55,924 bases of DNA from an uncultured Clostridia bacterium (GTDB lineage Bacteria > Bacillota > Clostridia > TANB77 > CAG-508). Below the pieces are notes generated by a model, which saw nothing but the letters and a program-made list of their open reading frames with translations, searched no databases and had not been told where the DNA came from. The stretch spans positions 1-55,924 of the forward strand of contig CANPWV010000006.1 of NCBI GenBank assembly GCA_947585105.1. The letters run 5' to 3'. A program made the position numbers and the translations under genes. Shown piece after piece: positions 53,845-55,924 of this stretch (position 1 is its first letter; every line of letters starts with the position of its first letter).

Positions 53845-55587
53845 ATGGTAAAAGTAACGATTAATGGAAGAGAAATTGAAGTTGAGGAAAATTCTACAAT
53901 CTTACAAGCCGCTAAAAAGGCTGGAATTGATATTCCAACTTTATGTTTTCTAAAAGATATAAATGAAATGGGAGATTGCAGAATGTGCCTTGTTGAAGTC
54001 GAAGGAATGAGAGGATTTGCAACTTCTTGTATTCAAAAAGTAAAAGATGGTATGGTTATTAAAACAGATACTCCAAAAGTAATCGAAGCTAGACGTATGG
54101 TTTTAGATTTAATTCTTTCTAATCATGATAGAGAATGTCTAACATGTACTAGAAATGGTACTTGTGAATTGCAAAAACTTGCTAGAGATTTTGGAATGGA
54201 CGAAATCATATATAAAGGTGAAAGAAATGTATCTGAGATTGATGATAAGTCACCATCAATAGTTAGAGATTTTAATAAATGTGTTTTATGTAGAAGATGT
54301 GTTTCAACTTGTAAAAAGGTTCAAGGAATTGGCGCTATTGACTGTACAGAAAGAGGATTTGCTTCAAAGATTTCAACTTTTGGAGACAAGAGTTTAAATG
54401 ATGTAAATTGTACATTTTGCGGTCAATGTATAGAAGCTTGCCCAGTTGGAGCTTTAAAAGAAAAAGATTCAACACATGAAGTTTGGAGAGCTTTAAGAGA
54501 TGAAGACAAATTTGTAGTTGTTCAAACTGCTCCAGCTATAAGAGTTGCTCTTGGAGAAGAGTTTGGAATGGAAATAGGAACAAATGTTACTGGTAAAATG
54601 GTTACAGCCTTAAAACGTTTGGGATTTGATAAAGTATTTGATACAAATACTGGAGCTGACTTTACAATTGTTGAAGAAGGAACAGAATTTATAGAAAGAC
54701 TTACAAAAGGTGGAACACTTCCAATGATTACATCTTGTAGTCCAGGTTGGGTAAGATATTTAGAGCTTAACTATCCTGAATTAATTCCAAATTTATCAAC
54801 TTGTAAATCTCCTCATCAAATGTTTGGAGCAATTATAAAATCATATTTTGCTAAAAAATATGAAATAGATCCAAGTAAGATTTACACAGTATCTGTAATG
54901 CCTTGTGTTGCTAAAAAGTTTGAAGCAAAAAGAGATGATATGGCTGGAAGCGGATATCCAGATGTAGACGCAGTTATTACAACTAGAGAACTTGCTAGAA
55001 TGATAAAACAAGCACACATTGATTTTGTTAATTTAGAAGATTCTGAATTTGAAGACCCTATGGGAGAAGCTACTGGTGCAGGCGCAATATTTGGAACAAC
55101 AGGTGGAGTTATGGAAGCTGCTCTTCGTACAGTTCAAGACAAACTTACAGGAAAATCTTTTGATAATCTTGATTTTGAAGAGGTTAGAGGAGAAAAAGGA
55201 ATAAAGAGGGCTACATTAGATATAGGCGGAAAAGAAGTTAAAGTTGTTGTTGCTTCTGGATTAAAGAACGCTGGAATTATTATGGAAGAGATAAAATCAG
55301 GAAAAGCTGATTATCAATTTGTAGAAATAATGGCTTGTCCAGGTGGATGTGTAATGGGTGGAGGTCAACCTATTAGAACATCAAAAGAAAGATCTGAAAT
55401 TGATATAAGAAGCAAAAGAGCTAACGCCCTATATACAATTGATGAAAAGAGCACAATTAGAAAATCACATGAAAATCCAATTCTTAAGACAATTTACAAA
55501 GATTATCTTGGAGAACCAGGAGGACATGAAGCTCATAAATTATTACATACATCTTATGTTGAAAGACCAAAATATATATTAGATTAA
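53845..55587 (+). CDS. [FeFe]-hydrogenase catalytic subunit (group A)
   Basis: H-cluster motifs TSCSPGW, MPCVAKKFE and EIMACPGGCVMGGGQP. Confidence 0.97.
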   Translation: MVKVTINGREIEVEENSTILQAAKKAGIDIPTLCFLKDINEMGDCRMCLVEVEGMRGFATSCIQKVKDGMVIKTDTPKVIEARRMVLDLILSNHDRECLTCTRNGTCELQKLARDFGMDEIIYKGERNVSEIDDKSPSIVRDFNKCVLCRRCVSTCKKVQGIGAIDCTERGFASKISTFGDKSLNDVNCTFCGQCIEACPVGALKEKDSTHEVWRALRDEDKFVVVQTAPAIRVALGEEFGMEIGTNVTGKMVTALKRLGFDKVFDTNTGADFTIVEEGTEFIERLTKGGTLPMITSCSPGWVRYLELNYPELIPNLSTCKSPHQMFGAIIKSYFAKKYEIDPSKIYTVSVMPCVAKKFEAKRDDMAGSGYPDVDAVITTRELARMIKQAHIDFVNLEDSEFEDPMGEATGAGAIFGTTGGVMEAALRTVQDKLTGKSFDNLDFEEVRGEKGIKRATLDIGGKEVKVVVASGLKNAGIIMEEIKSGKADYQFVEIMACPGGCVMGGGQPIRTSKERSEIDIRSKRANALYTIDEKSTIRKSHENPILKTIYKDYLGEPGGHEAHKLLHTSYVERPKYILD

Positions 55588-55613
55588 ATTATATAATTAT
55601 ACTTTAAAACATG

Positions 55614-55651
55614 AATTGTACACAAAGATTATTTGTGTACAATTTATTTTT
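55614..55651 (+). terminator. Hydrogenase operon terminator, upstream of pilin cassette C
   Basis: AATTGTACACAAA / TTTGTGTACAATT plus T-rich tail. Confidence 0.7.
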
Positions 55652-55681
55652 ATAAAAAATTCATCATAAAAGAATAAAACG

Positions 55682-55924
55682 ACGATTATTGTACTGCTTA
55701 TTTTAGCAGGTGTATCTCTAAACGCAATAATTCGGGGATAATGGAATTTTGACTCAGGCAACGAGAGCTAAAGATTTATCAGAAGAAGCTCAAAGAAGAG
55801 AAGATTTGGAATATATAATATTTGATTATAATACTAATGTAGCTAGCGGAGGTAGTGATACCTCTTTTACAAATTTTCTATCAAATATGAAAGATAAAGG
55901 AAAAATAGAAGATTATATTTATTA
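55682..55924 (+). other. 5'-truncated pilin-like cassette C running off the window; CGG +1 shift at 55733
   Basis: TIIVLLILAGVSLNAII-[C]GGG-DNGILTQATRAKDLSEEA. In-frame TAA at 55667; no start codon or RBS. Confidence 0.7.

Noticed and set aside
11980-55735. Homopolymer-type sequencing error as the explanation
   Set aside because: The extra C never extends a C run, the sites respect codon phase and coding strand, and long A/T runs are error-free. This is disfavoured but not formally excluded without reads.
11980-55735. Simple CGG codon reassignment (for example to Gln or Trp)
   Set aside because: Triplet reassignment would keep frame 0, which soon hits stops. Homology continues only in the +1 frame.

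Overview
AT-rich chromosomal window from a spore-forming clostridial Firmicute (gpr, spoVS, spoVFA, ytxC-like, rnpB, guaB/guaA, dapA/dapB, murB, folD, fba, trimeric [FeFe]-hydrogenase). The pilin-like N-termini suggest the uncultured gut TANB77/CAG-269-type clade (inference only). Main finding: the apparently broken genes all break the same way. At 19 sites in 13 coding regions on both strands, an in-frame CGG codon marks a +1 shift. Skipping the C and reading GGN as Gly rejoins the reading frame and, in the housekeeping genes, rebuilds conserved motifs (FolD TPVPGGVGPMT, GuaA PFPGPGL, YvcK GPGSLYT, DprA SGSMIT). In a manual scan I found no in-frame CGG read as ordinary Arg and no other kind of frameshift. 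This points to pervasive CGG-triggered +1 recoding, with CGGN behaving as a 4-nt Gly codon; a systematic sequencing artefact still has to be excluded. Second finding: three start-less type IV pilin-like cassettes begin at the same codon and share an invariant 17-bp core, and a stand-alone large serine recombinase lies nearby. This suggests a silent-cassette variation system.
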